From: Promethearchaeota archaeon
GTDB lineage: Archaea; Asgardarchaeota; Lokiarchaeia; Sigyniarchaeales; SOKP01
Reading direction: 5' to 3'
Assembly (NCBI GenBank): GCA_048938025.1
Contig: JBHLMP010000013.1
Span: 1-64,000, forward strand
Length of the DNA: 64,000 bases
Shown here: positions 1-9,312 of the stretch, in pieces
Numbering within the stretch: position 1 is the stretch's first letter
Layout: every line of letters starts with the position of its first letter
The notes under the pieces: model-generated
The model's input: only the letters and a program-made list of their open reading frames with translations
Databases searched by the model: none
Told to the model about the DNA's origin: nothing
Position numbers and translations under genes: made by a program

Positions 1-54
1 AAAATAATTGACAATATATAATCTTTAGGCGAGATTTAACAACAATAACAACCC

Positions 55-91
55 AAAAAAAAAAAAAAAAACAACAACAAAAAAAAAAAAT
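55..91 (-). terminator. Long oligo-T tract (minus strand) downstream of the 1032-aa gene; likely archaeal terminator
   Basis: Two long A runs on + separated by CAACAAC, starting about 18 nt after the stop at 109; homopolymer length may be partly sequencing error. Confidence 0.5.
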
Positions 92-108
92 AATAATTTA
101 ATATATTT

Positions 109-3100
109 TTATTTCAACTTTATGCGTCTCAAATAAGTTATCACAGTTATTATCCCTATTGCTCCCATCACAATTAACCCAATGGGTATTAAACCTGGTA
201 GTGGAATAGCAGGGGCTCCACCATCCGTACTTCGAGTTGTAAATGTCCATGTTGCAGATTGTGTTATAAACGTCCCATCATTAGCCCTAACATACCATTG
301 ACAGACCATGTCACTTGTTACCCCCGACCAGGTTACTGAAGCTGTGCCACTCCCACCTGCAACAATGTCTGAGCCTATTAAACTATCATCGGATGCATTA
401 TAAAATGTTACTGTTAATGAATCCCCATCATCATCAGATACATCTACGCTTAGGGTAGGGTCGTCACCAACACCAGTAGCCCCATCACTAGGAGTTGGGT
501 TTGTCGGAGCATTGGGTGGGTGAATTATTTCGAATTCAGAAGTAGTAAATGACCATGTAGCAGATTGAATTACACTTAACCCATCATCGGATTTTGCATA
601 CCATGAATAAACCGTATTAGTTGAGAGTGCCGGCCAGGTCACCGAAGCGGTACCGTTCCCTCCTAAGACAAGCTCAGAATCAATTAAACTATCATCAGAA
701 GCATCATAAAATGATACTGTTAAGAGATCTCCGTCGAAATCAAATACGTCCACGCTTAGGGTAGTGTAGGGGTGGGTTACGTTACCAATATCAGTAGCCC
801 CATCATTAGGAGTTGGATTTATTGGAGCATCGGGCTCGTAATTTGTAATAAATGACCATGTAGCAGATTGTATCATGTTTAACCCATCATAGGATTCTAC
901 ATACCATGAATAATTGGTTCCCGGCAATATTCCTGACCACACTGCAGAGGCGTTACCGATCCCTCCTACAACAGTATCTGATCCTATTAGGCTATCATCA
1001 GAATCATCATAAAATGACACGGTCAGATCATCTCCATCATTATCAAATACATCCACCCATAACGTAGGGCTGTAATCAATACGAGTAGCCCCATCATAAG
1101 GTTTTGGATTTACGGGAACACCGGGCGCGTAATTTGTAGTAAATGTCCAGTTACCAGAGCGAGTTACACTTAACCCATCATCAGATTTTGCATACCATAT
1201 ATAGGTTGTATCATTTGTGAGTCCCGACCAGGATGCTGAAGCTCTACCGCTACCTCCAAAAATATACTCCCATCCTATTAGGCTATCATCAGAAGCATCA
1301 TAAAACGATACGTTCATAATATCTCCGTCGTTATCAAATACGTCCGCGCTTAATGTAGGGTTGAAATTAATATTTGTAGCGTTAGCAAGAGGAGTTGGAT
1401 TTGTGGGAACACCGGGCGCGTAATTTGTAGTAAAGGACCATGTAGGAGATTGATCTACATTTCCTTGTCCATCATCAGTTATTATATACCACGAATAGAC
1501 CGTATCACTTGAGAGTCCCGACCAGATTTCTGAAGCTGTGCCATTCCCACCTATAACAACGTCTGAGCCTATTAGGCTATCATCAGAAGCATCATAAAAT
1601 GACACGGTTAAATCATCTCCTTCTAAGTCAATTACATACACAGATAATGTAGGATTATACACGATATCTGTAGCTCCATTTGCAGGAGTTGGACTAAGGA
1701 AAGCTTGACCCTTTTGCATATAAATGAGCGTAACATATGGGGGAATACTATTTTCATACGAAGTATAACAAGTTCCAGAGCCTGCAGGATTTATGTCATG
1801 ATTATGAGAAGGACTACTTAAGTCTGTAGTCCAAGTATTTCCATCATCACGCCACCAAGCCGATCTCGACCCGCCTCCGGGTGAAGTTTCTATAGCGCCT
1901 TTGCTATATATGCTGTGTCGATGATTCATATTATCATTTGGAATAGTGTGTGTATGTTCGGGAACCTCCGTATAGGCATGACGATGTTCTACATCTCCTC
2001 CAATAAGTCCAGGTTGTTCTCCAGTTGCTACACCTTGTGTAAATCTATTAAGCAGGTTAGGTGTACCAGTTTCTCCATTGCATGGAAACCAACCTGAGGG
2101 TATGTTCGCTATTGAATCTCCCCACATAGTAATAGATCCCAACGGTAAATCATCGGTTGCTGCTGTACTCATTATGAACGCAACCTTGAAGTAGGGTGGA
2201 AGGTTGTCTGTTTCCTCAGTTGTGCAAGTTGTTAACCCAATTGTGGGTACAGAATGTATGTGAGGAACATCTTTATAATTAGTCCAGCCAGTACTAGCAC
2301 GTAAAACATCGTAATTCCATATCAGAGCACCTATTTCTCTGGGGGACGCATCCACTCCTCCATGGCTATGACTCTTACCATTAGTGTCGATAGTATGTCT
2401 ATGTCGAGGAATTTCGGTATATGTATGACTATGGGATATAGTTCCCCCTAACGTTCCAGGATCTTCCCCAGGAGGGGCTCCTCGAATGAATTTATCTCGA
2501 AGATCAGGGGTTCCGTTCGATCCATTGCAAAGTTCCCACCCTGCAGGAATAGAATCTATCTCACCTGCCCACATTACAATCAGGCCGATAGGAATAGGAG
2601 TATCATCTGCTTCCTTCTCGATAAATAACATCGAGTAATAGGGTGGGATGATATCTTCTTCTGCAGACGTATAAAGATCCCCGGCTGTACCCGTATAGCT
2701 GGTATACCCACCATGATTATGATTTGCAGATTCAGCACCAGTAGAGGAAACAGCAAGACCAAGAGCGTTGAATGGCCATAATGACGTACCATACTCGCTC
2801 CAGTAAATATTTGGTTGACGATAGGTGTGTCTGTGTGGAGTGCTTGTTATACCAGATTCACCGTGATCGTGGTAAGGAACCGTAGAGTAACTATGACTAT
2901 GTGTTGTTTGACCACCCGTGGCTCCAGGTGCTGAAGCACCATAAACAAAAAGATTAGTTGTGTCTATTGTGCCATCGGAACCATTACACAGTTTCCACCC
3001 AGCTGGGATTGTATTTAAGGGTCCGGACCACAAAGCAATTAGACCATCTGATTCATATGCTTGACTAGTTCTCACATTTTTGTTTATAAAAATAAATCCA

Positions 3101-3207
3101 GGTTTCATCCAGAAGGTAAGGGAAAAGAAAAGAGTACAAAGTATTAATAGGCTTAGAAATTTCTTATGATCTAGTTTTCTTTTATACATTTGAATAACAC
3201 TATTCAT
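109..3207 (-). CDS. Secreted, C-terminally anchored surface protein: 3 phage tail-collar/HxH repeats + 5 Ig/FN3-like repeats
   Basis: N-terminal basic+hydrophobic signal; 3x GxIxxWxG...IPxGWxxCNG..GT.(D/N) collar motif; 5x ~98-aa PTPxxGAT...DGDxLTVSFYDASDDSLIG...W.FTT; C-terminal PAIP-TM-RRIKLK anchor. Confidence 0.85.
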   Translation of the reverse strand: MNSVIQMYKRKLDHKKFLSLLILCTLFFSLTFWMKPGFIFINKNVRTSQAYESDGLIALWSGPLNTIPAGWKLCNGSDGTIDTTNLFVYGASAPGATGGQTTHSHSYSTVPYHDHGESGITSTPHRHTYRQPNIYWSEYGTSLWPFNALGLAVSSTGAESANHNHGGYTSYTGTAGDLYTSAEEDIIPPYYSMLFIEKEADDTPIPIGLIVMWAGEIDSIPAGWELCNGSNGTPDLRDKFIRGAPPGEDPGTLGGTISHSHTYTEIPRHRHTIDTNGKSHSHGGVDASPREIGALIWNYDVLRASTGWTNYKDVPHIHSVPTIGLTTCTTEETDNLPPYFKVAFIMSTAATDDLPLGSITMWGDSIANIPSGWFPCNGETGTPNLLNRFTQGVATGEQPGLIGGDVEHRHAYTEVPEHTHTIPNDNMNHRHSIYSKGAIETSPGGGSRSAWWRDDGNTWTTDLSSPSHNHDINPAGSGTCYTSYENSIPPYVTLIYMQKGQAFLSPTPANGATDIVYNPTLSVYVIDLEGDDLTVSFYDASDDSLIGSDVVIGGNGTASEIWSGLSSDTVYSWYIITDDGQGNVDQSPTWSFTTNYAPGVPTNPTPLANATNINFNPTLSADVFDNDGDIMNVSFYDASDDSLIGWEYIFGGSGRASASWSGLTNDTTYIWYAKSDDGLSVTRSGNWTFTTNYAPGVPVNPKPYDGATRIDYSPTLWVDVFDNDGDDLTVSFYDDSDDSLIGSDTVVGGIGNASAVWSGILPGTNYSWYVESYDGLNMIQSATWSFITNYEPDAPINPTPNDGATDIGNVTHPYTTLSVDVFDFDGDLLTVSFYDASDDSLIDSELVLGGNGTASVTWPALSTNTVYSWYAKSDDGLSVIQSATWSFTTSEFEIIHPPNAPTNPTPSDGATGVGDDPTLSVDVSDDDGDSLTVTFYNASDDSLIGSDIVAGGSGTASVTWSGVTSDMVCQWYVRANDGTFITQSATWTFTTRSTDGGAPAIPLPGLIPIGLIVMGAIGIITVITYLRRIKLK
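233..1695 (-). repeat. Five tandem ~295-nt Ig-like domain coding repeats
   Basis: Recurrent DNA such as CTATCATCAGAAGCATCATAAAA near 689, 1283 and 1577, with variants near 383 and 992. Confidence 0.9.
1710..3048 (-). repeat. Three tandem ~150-aa tail-collar/HxH repeats
   Basis: Repeat starts at about 3045, 2595 and 2148; each has four HxH doublets and ends in PPY. Confidence 0.85.
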
Positions 3208-3213
3208 TTTTTT

Positions 3214-3455
3214 TTAGATTTCACTGCAATTATTGATTCCAAAGCTTATAAATATTTGCCATGATTTTAATTGTTCAATACTTCTTCGTTGGTGTGAAAT
3301 AACACTGCTTCTTTTTAGATCATCTAAATTGCTTAAAACATGATTTCTTATCTGAACAGCATAGGGAAATTTAGGGTCTATCTCTAATAATTTCTCATAG
3401 TAGTTTAAAGCTTCATGCAATTTTCCCTCTCTCTTAAATTAGACCTATATTGTAT
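3214..3455 (-). pseudogene. Frameshifted TPR-protein remnant
   Basis: YNIGLI / KREGKLHEALNYYEKLLEIDPKF forms one TPR motif only across a frameshift near 3437; in-frame stops upstream. Confidence 0.55.
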
Positions 3456-3476
3456 ACACAATGTTTCTAGTCTGGT

Positions 3477-3713
3477 TTGATTCTAATTGTATTATGGTAT
3501 ATCACAGCAAAGAATTATTTCAACAATAATGCAACTAGAAAGGATTTAAATACTGGACTTCCATTTGTATACAAAGTTGTTAAAAAGTATGAAGAACCTC
3601 CAGAAGAACCAAAGGAACCTGCTATTCCAGATTATTCAATTACGTTAATATTACCAGTCAGGATTGTTGCGATTATAGCGATAACAATAATTCACTATAA
3701 AAAGCGTAGTTAG
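3477..3713 (+). pseudogene. C-terminal remnant of a surface protein with a PAIP-TM-basic sorting tail
   Basis: EEPPEEPKEPAIPDYS-hydrophobic-KKRS, same anchor type as the 109..3207 protein; no sizeable ectodomain. Confidence 0.5.
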
Positions 3714-3761
3714 TTCAAGAAATAAGAGTTTTAAAATTATATTTCCTTTTTTTTTTAATGA

Positions 3762-4343
3762 TTATTGTCTTTTTCTTAAATAATAACCTTTATCAACTAG
3801 ATTTAGTACTACTAAATCATTAGGTTTAAGGTTTTTGTATGTATGATAACTCACATGAGATTTACCTATAGCAATTAATTCATCATTTAAATTTAAAACT
3901 ATTAAGAAATCATTTTTTTCTAATTCATTAGGAACTTTTATGACCATTCTTTTTAAAATTTGATTTCCATATAGAATTGCCTTCTCACCATTCTCGTTAA
4001 CAATTATCTTTTGTCTTTTCGAAAAGCAACCGAGGTTAAGCAAAAATTCTGTTCCTTCTAAGCTTAAGTAAAAATCTCCTTTTTTAATAAAACCAAAATA
4101 TGAACCCGCTATATTAATACTTGTATTTTGCGTTAATCTATCTACACTTTTTGTAAGATTGCTGGGGATCAGAAAAATAGATGGATAATTAATTTTAGAG
4201 ATTTTATTTTCCATAGTGATGTAGATCTTATAATTAATCCTATTAAGAACTGGTAAGATTTTAGTAGATATTTTTAAAAGTGAATTATGAATAATTACTT
4301 TCTCAATTTCATTAATTTCTCTAAACTTTTTTGTATTATTCAT
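3762..4343 (-). CDS. Nip7-like PUA-domain ribosome biogenesis protein
   Basis: GSYFGFIKKGDFYLSLEG, EKAILYGNQI, C-terminal NLVDKGYYLR typical of Nip7/PUA. Confidence 0.8.
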   Translation of the reverse strand: MNNTKKFREINEIEKVIIHNSLLKISTKILPVLNRINYKIYITMENKISKINYPSIFLIPSNLTKSVDRLTQNTSINIAGSYFGFIKKGDFYLSLEGTEFLLNLGCFSKRQKIIVNENGEKAILYGNQILKRMVIKVPNELEKNDFLIVLNLNDELIAIGKSHVSYHTYKNLKPNDLVVLNLVDKGYYLRKRQ

Positions 4344-4429
4344 AAAGATTAAAATAAAATAGAAATAAGATAATTATTTTTTAATAATTATTGAAATAAT
4401 TAAAAAATTAGCTTAGAGTTAAGAAAATT

Positions 4430-5143
4430 ATGGGCATACGGAAAATAGAAGATGAGATTGATTTAAGGGAAGCGATGAAGAAAAAAGCTGCTGAGATAAA
4501 AATGAAGGACATGGAAGCTAAAGCTGCCGTAGAAAAGTTTACAAAAGATAAATTAAGAGAATTAGCTAAAAAGCATGGCGTATTATTAGCTCTAACTCCT
4601 GAATTAAGAGAGGAAGTTAAAAAGCTGCAAAAGCAATATAATATTCCCTCTTCAAAAATCATAACTGAGCAAATAACTGAGCATGATGTTTTAAAAAAGT
4701 TTTCTAAAATTGATTATCAGAAATTAGGGATGTTAGCATACCAGAGAGTTTTAATGGCTAAAGAAGAAACGGGGGGAATAATTCCACTGTCAGAAGTTTT
4801 CGATCTAGTTAATACAGGAATCTTAAAAGGTAACATGGAGATTAAGGATATAGAAAAGTCCATGAAACTTTTAAAGAAAGAAAGAGCAATTGAAGATGTT
4901 TACCAATTGGAATCTGGAGCAGTCATGATTAGATTTTTCCCTATTCAATATACTGATGATGAAGCTAAGGTAATTGAATTAGCAAAACAAAAAGATTATC
5001 TTACAATTGAGGATGTATGTGTAAATTTAGATTGGTCTCAAGATCGTGCTCTAAGAGCATTAGATTCGCTCGAAAAGAGCGGGATGGCAAAATTTAGGGA
5101 ATCTGTGCTTACAGGAAAACAGTGGTTTTTCCCATCGTTATAA
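4430..5143 (+). CDS. ESCRT-II EAP30 (Vps22/Vps36-like) protein
   Basis: MGIRKI N-terminal helix, ETGGIIPLSEV, tandem winged helices ending WSQDRA...L...G...QWFFP; adjacent to Vps4. Confidence 0.8.
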   Translation: MGIRKIEDEIDLREAMKKKAAEIKMKDMEAKAAVEKFTKDKLRELAKKHGVLLALTPELREEVKKLQKQYNIPSSKIITEQITEHDVLKKFSKIDYQKLGMLAYQRVLMAKEETGGIIPLSEVFDLVNTGILKGNMEIKDIEKSMKLLKKERAIEDVYQLESGAVMIRFFPIQYTDDEAKVIELAKQKDYLTIEDVCVNLDWSQDRALRALDSLEKSGMAKFRESVLTGKQWFFPSL

Positions 5144-5156
5144 ATTTCTTATTTTT

Positions 5157-6071
5157 TTACTCTAATGTAATTTTAAAGGCTAATTGCCCATCTTCTAATT
5201 TAAATATCTTAGCTTTACGATTTTTTACTAAGATTCTAAAAATCTCTTCCAAATCTTCAAGAGGAAGATTACTAAAATCTTCAGATTTTGCTTCTCTAAT
5301 TTCATATATCATAATAGGCTCTAATCTTCCTTGTTGATAAGCCCATTCATAAATTTCAACTGAAAATAATTCAAGCGACTTCCAATAAACTCGTAATCTA
5401 TTTTTATTTTTGGATAACCACTTTGCTTGATTTTTATTGACTAACTCTTCTGCAACTTCTCTTATATTCGCTTCTCGATTGGAAAAATTTGAAAATGGCT
5501 TTTCAGAATTAAGATTTCTAATATATATAATATGTAGAACGGCAAATCTAGCATAATCAAAAAGTACTTTTGCCCATTCAGTTTTCCACGAAGTGTAATC
5601 AGTTAGATTTTTTTTCTTGTTTGGCATTGTATACATGAATTTTTTTTTTTCTTCTTCAAGCCAAGGATAAGCTTGTAATAATTTTTCATAAGGTGATAAT
5701 TCCTTTACGATAAGACCCTCTTCCCCTACTATTTCTTCTTCAAGTATTTGAAGTTCTGATTCTATCTGCTTGGCTTGTTGTTTAAATGCTTTATGATCTA
5801 TTTCTCCGAGGTCAGAGCTCAATAAATCTTCGATTTTTTCGAAACTATCTTCTAAATATTTTAAAGCATCAACTTCTACATCATCAGTTTCGAGTTCTTC
5901 CTTTTGTTTTACAACAACTTCTTCTTTCGATTTTCTTTGCTCTAATTGTTCTTTTTCTTTCTTTAACTTTCTTAATCTTGCTAATTCACGCCTTAATTCT
6001 TTTAATTCTTTTTCGGCTTTCTCTTTAAGCTCTTTTGGAACTTCTTCCGGTTTTTCTCTTTGTCTTTCCAT
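5157..6071 (-). CDS. ESCRT-II Vps25-like protein with N-terminal coiled coil
   Basis: FMYTMP...WKTEWAKVLFDY, AKW..KNKNRLRVYWKS..IYEW resemble Vps25 winged helices; about 125-aa E/K-rich N-terminus. Confidence 0.75.
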   Translation of the reverse strand: MERQREKPEEVPKELKEKAEKELKELRRELARLRKLKKEKEQLEQRKSKEEVVVKQKEELETDDVEVDALKYLEDSFEKIEDLLSSDLGEIDHKAFKQQAKQIESELQILEEEIVGEEGLIVKELSPYEKLLQAYPWLEEEKKKFMYTMPNKKKNLTDYTSWKTEWAKVLFDYARFAVLHIIYIRNLNSEKPFSNFSNREANIREVAEELVNKNQAKWLSKNKNRLRVYWKSLELFSVEIYEWAYQQGRLEPIMIYEIREAKSEDFSNLPLEDLEEIFRILVKNRKAKIFKLEDGQLAFKITLE

Positions 6072-6086
6072 TTTTACTCTCTAATT

Positions 6087-7304
6087 TTATATTTCTCCAA
6101 ATTCTTCTGCCCAATCGTTATATTGCTTTAATAATATTTTATTTGTCATTGGTTTAACTTTTTTAAGCGTTTTCTTGAAATCTTTCAACGTTATATCCCG
6201 AACTTTAACTTCTTTCTCAGAATCCTCTAAGAGGCCACTCATATCTAATTCTCTAACTGGTAACATAATTACTTCACGACATATATTGGCAATATCTCTT
6301 CCAGAGTACCCATCAGTTCTTACAGCTAGTTCAATAAAATCTTCATCTAAGAGTGCAGAATTCACACCTTCAGTGTGGATTTCAAAAATTCCAGCTCTAG
6401 CTTTCAAATCTGGAAGAGGTACTTGCACTCTTTTTTCAAATCTGCTCAACATTGCATTATCAATATCCCAAGGACGGTTTGTTGCTCCCAAAACAAGCAA
6501 TGGTTTATCATGAGTGGATTTTAAACCTTGAATTTCACTTAAAAGTTGTGTTTTTACTCTTCTTTCACCTCCGCTTTCAGATCCTTCTCCTCTTTTGGTC
6601 GCAACTGAATCTATTTCATCCATAAATATCAAACTAGGTGCTTTTAACCGGGCTACTTTGAATAAAGAACTAATTAGCTTTTCACTTTCCCCTAACCATT
6701 TACTTAATAAATCAGCAGAAGAAGCACTAAAAAAAGTAGCTTTACATTCAGTAGCAGCTGCTTTAGCTAACAATGTTTTACCACAACCAGGGGGACCAAA
6801 TAATAAAATTCCTGACCATGGTTTTCGGGCTCCAGTAAATAATTCTGGTTTCATTATTGGAAGAACAATCGCTTCTCTTAATGCTTGTTTAACTTGTTCT
6901 AATCCTGCTATGTCTTTCCATTTTACATTAGGAGATTCAGTTACAATTGTACCTGATATTATATCAATAAGTTCTTGTTCTTCTGAAGAAACTGCTCCCA
7001 TATCAACTTTGGATTCATCATCCTTTGATATCCCTGGTCTTTCAGCAGGTCTTACCTTCCTAGGTCGCGTTCCACCAAGTTGTGATTTTAATATCTTAGC
7101 TCTGTCAACATATTCTTCGATGTTCTTTTGACACAACATTCGCATTTGAGGATTTTTATTGTATTTCATGAATTGCATTAATATCTCCGCAGCTCTTTGA
7201 TATTTGTTTATTGCCTGCCGATATTTTCCTTGCCCATCTAAAGTAACAGCTTCTTTTGCTTCTCTAACAGCATATTGATAGAGTTTTGAATCAACTGATG
7301 ACAT
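6087..7304 (-). CDS. vps4: Vps4 AAA+ ATPase with MIT domain
   Basis: MIT (AVTLD..G.Y..AI..Y..AAE.L...YVDRA), GPPGCGKT, SKWLGESEK, DEID, GATNRPW, C-terminal WAEEFG. Confidence 0.95.
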   Translation of the reverse strand: MSSVDSKLYQYAVREAKEAVTLDGQGKYRQAINKYQRAAEILMQFMKYNKNPQMRMLCQKNIEEYVDRAKILKSQLGGTRPRKVRPAERPGISKDDESKVDMGAVSSEEQELIDIISGTIVTESPNVKWKDIAGLEQVKQALREAIVLPIMKPELFTGARKPWSGILLFGPPGCGKTLLAKAAATECKATFFSASSADLLSKWLGESEKLISSLFKVARLKAPSLIFMDEIDSVATKRGEGSESGGERRVKTQLLSEIQGLKSTHDKPLLVLGATNRPWDIDNAMLSRFEKRVQVPLPDLKARAGIFEIHTEGVNSALLDEDFIELAVRTDGYSGRDIANICREVIMLPVRELDMSGLLEDSEKEVKVRDITLKDFKKTLKKVKPMTNKILLKQYNDWAEEFGEI

Positions 7305-7485
7305 TATAACTATATCATAATTTTTTTTCTATTTATAACTAATCTAATTTAGCTATCAGTAAGAATTATAATCCAATAAATATATTTCAAATTTACTCTT
7401 TAAACACCGTAATTAATTGTTGGACTCCAAATAATTATATAATACCGTATTTTTATATATAATATATAATAATTAATTATTTTGG
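7305..7485. promoter_or_regulatory. Divergent promoter region between vps4 and ESCRT-III
   Basis: TATA-like TTATAAAT (minus, about 7331-7338) and TTTTATATAT (plus, about 7451-7460), each roughly 25-35 nt before a start codon. Confidence 0.5.
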
Positions 7486-8127
7486 ATGATTATGGGGTTT
7501 CTAAAAGATATCTCAAAATGGCTCTCCGGAGGTAAGGGAAAGGATAATATCCGTTCCGCTACTGTTAAATTAAAGGTTTTTAATAAACGATTATTGCGTC
7601 AGTCTAAAAAGCTAGAGATGAGTGCTAAGTTAGCAAGGGATAAGGCAGTAAATCTTCGAAAACAAGGCGATATGGATGGGTCTAAATTTCATGCGAGAAA
7701 TTATCTTCAAGTAAAAAAACAGGCTCGAGCAATAGACGCTTTTCGTACAAATATGGAAGGTCTATTATTTAAGCTAGACCAAGCTGAAGCGGTGAAGGAT
7801 GTATCCCAAATTATGACGGGCATTGCACAATCAGTAGCAGCATTGAAAAGACAGTTATCTATTCCACAAATCACAGAAATGATGAAGCAAATTGACCTTG
7901 ACGTAGAAGATTTTGCTGTCACCCAAGAAATTACTGCAGAAGGGATAGATTCCATTACATTAGATACAGCAGTAACAGATTCAGATGTAAACGAAGTATT
8001 AGGGGAAATAGATGCTGAAATCCAAGTGGAAATGGGGGTGGCACTTCCTACGGCTGGATCTGCGACTAGCGATCAAAAGATAGCAGAATTGGAAAAGGAG
8101 CTAAACCGTTTAAAGTCTGACGAGTAA
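7486..8127 (+). CDS. ESCRT-III, Vps2/24/46 (CHMP1-3-like) class
   Basis: Snf7-fold pattern (KQGDMDGSKFHARNY, IPQITEMMKQ), amphipathic N-terminus GFLKDISKWL, MIM1-like C-terminus ELEKELNRLK. Confidence 0.88.
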   Translation: MIMGFLKDISKWLSGGKGKDNIRSATVKLKVFNKRLLRQSKKLEMSAKLARDKAVNLRKQGDMDGSKFHARNYLQVKKQARAIDAFRTNMEGLLFKLDQAEAVKDVSQIMTGIAQSVAALKRQLSIPQITEMMKQIDLDVEDFAVTQEITAEGIDSITLDTAVTDSDVNEVLGEIDAEIQVEMGVALPTAGSATSDQKIAELEKELNRLKSDE

Positions 8128-8236
8128 AATTTTAATAAATAAGTTTTTTTGAATTTTACTTAGCAAAATTATTAAAAGCCTCTCTTCTATTTTAAAATTA
8201 TTCTTTTAATCAAAATTTAATATATATGGGAAAAAG

Positions 8237-9244
8237 ATGGCTTTAGATTTAATCAGCATTGGGAGCTGTACACTTGATTGTATTATTCAAATTAAGGACA
8301 TTTTACGTTTTGAACTTTTTGATAAAGATATAGTGAAAAAATATACTGCAATTGAATATAGTAGAAAATTGAACGTTGATGGTGTACGTTTTGTTCCTGG
8401 AGGGTCTGCTGCAAATATTGCAGCAAATTGCGCAATGCTAGGATTAAAAAGCACTTATATTGGTATAATTGGCAATGATTTTTCAGCAAATATTTGTTTA
8501 GATGATTTAAGTAAACGTGGTGTTGATTTATCTAACATTATTCAAACAGATGAGGATGGTACTGCTTTATCAGTAATTTTGAGAACTGAGTGGGGAAAAG
8601 ATCGAAGTATACTTGCTTATAAAGGCGCTAATAATCTACTCAATCCTTCTGATGTAAAAGAAGAATTATTTGAGAATATAAAAGCGTTTGCTTGGACTTC
8701 TTTAACTTCTGAGAATGGTTGTCGAGCAATTGAGAAAGCGATTGCTTTAACTAAAGATAATAACGGTAAAATTTATGCTGCTCCCTCAATGTCAATTATT
8801 AAAAATAACCCAAATTGGGCAAAGAAATTAATATCTAATTCTAATATAGTATCTTTAAATAAGGAAGAAGCAAAAGAGTTCACTGGTGAACAAGACACAC
8901 TACATATGATCCATCATTTCTTAGACTTAGGGCTTGATTTGATTTCAATTACAGATGGACCCAATGGTTCTATAATTTCTAATGGGAAACAAATCATAAA
9001 CGGTAGTGTCTACCAAGGTGATGTAGAAGATACAACTGGAGCAGGAGATGCATTCTTAACTGGAATTTTGATTTCAAATTTAAACAATTTTGATTTAACA
9101 AAAACTTCAAAAATGGCAACGGCTATGTCCTTTTTAGAGTGTAAAGAAATAGGTGTCCGTGAAGGGTTACCTAACAGTCTTCAAGAATTAGAAAGTTTTA
9201 TCAATAATAATGTTATCAAACAAGTAATATCCAAAATTGTATAA
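8237..9244 (+). CDS. PfkB/ribokinase-family carbohydrate kinase
   Basis: GGSAANIA, NKEE, DTTGAGDAF. Confidence 0.92.
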   Translation: MALDLISIGSCTLDCIIQIKDILRFELFDKDIVKKYTAIEYSRKLNVDGVRFVPGGSAANIAANCAMLGLKSTYIGIIGNDFSANICLDDLSKRGVDLSNIIQTDEDGTALSVILRTEWGKDRSILAYKGANNLLNPSDVKEELFENIKAFAWTSLTSENGCRAIEKAIALTKDNNGKIYAAPSMSIIKNNPNWAKKLISNSNIVSLNKEEAKEFTGEQDTLHMIHHFLDLGLDLISITDGPNGSIISNGKQIINGSVYQGDVEDTTGAGDAFLTGILISNLNNFDLTKTSKMATAMSFLECKEIGVREGLPNSLQELESFINNNVIKQVISKIV

Positions 9245-9312
9245 CTTAGGAGAATTTCGTAGAAATCATTAAATTTTAATTTTTAAAAATATTCTTAATA
9301 TTATCCACATAT

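Noticed and set aside
233-1695. Regularly spaced DNA repeats as a CRISPR array or DGR TR/VR pair
   Set aside because: About 295-nt period, in frame, coding Ig-like domains; differences not adenine-specific by eye; no cas or RT gene
166-2594. Octapeptide IPIGLIVM occurs both in collar repeat 2 and in the C-terminal TM
   Set aside because: Codons differ at most synonymous positions; short hydrophobic match, probably coincidence
109-3207. Prophage or contractile injection system implied by tail-collar domains
   Set aside because: The protein has a signal peptide and membrane anchor, and no other viral genes occur in the window; sequence left of position 1 is unseen
6175-7131. Antisense ORFs of 112 and 178 aa opposite vps4, and similar shadow ORFs elsewhere
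   Set aside because: Fully overlap well-supported genes on the other strand; no motifs
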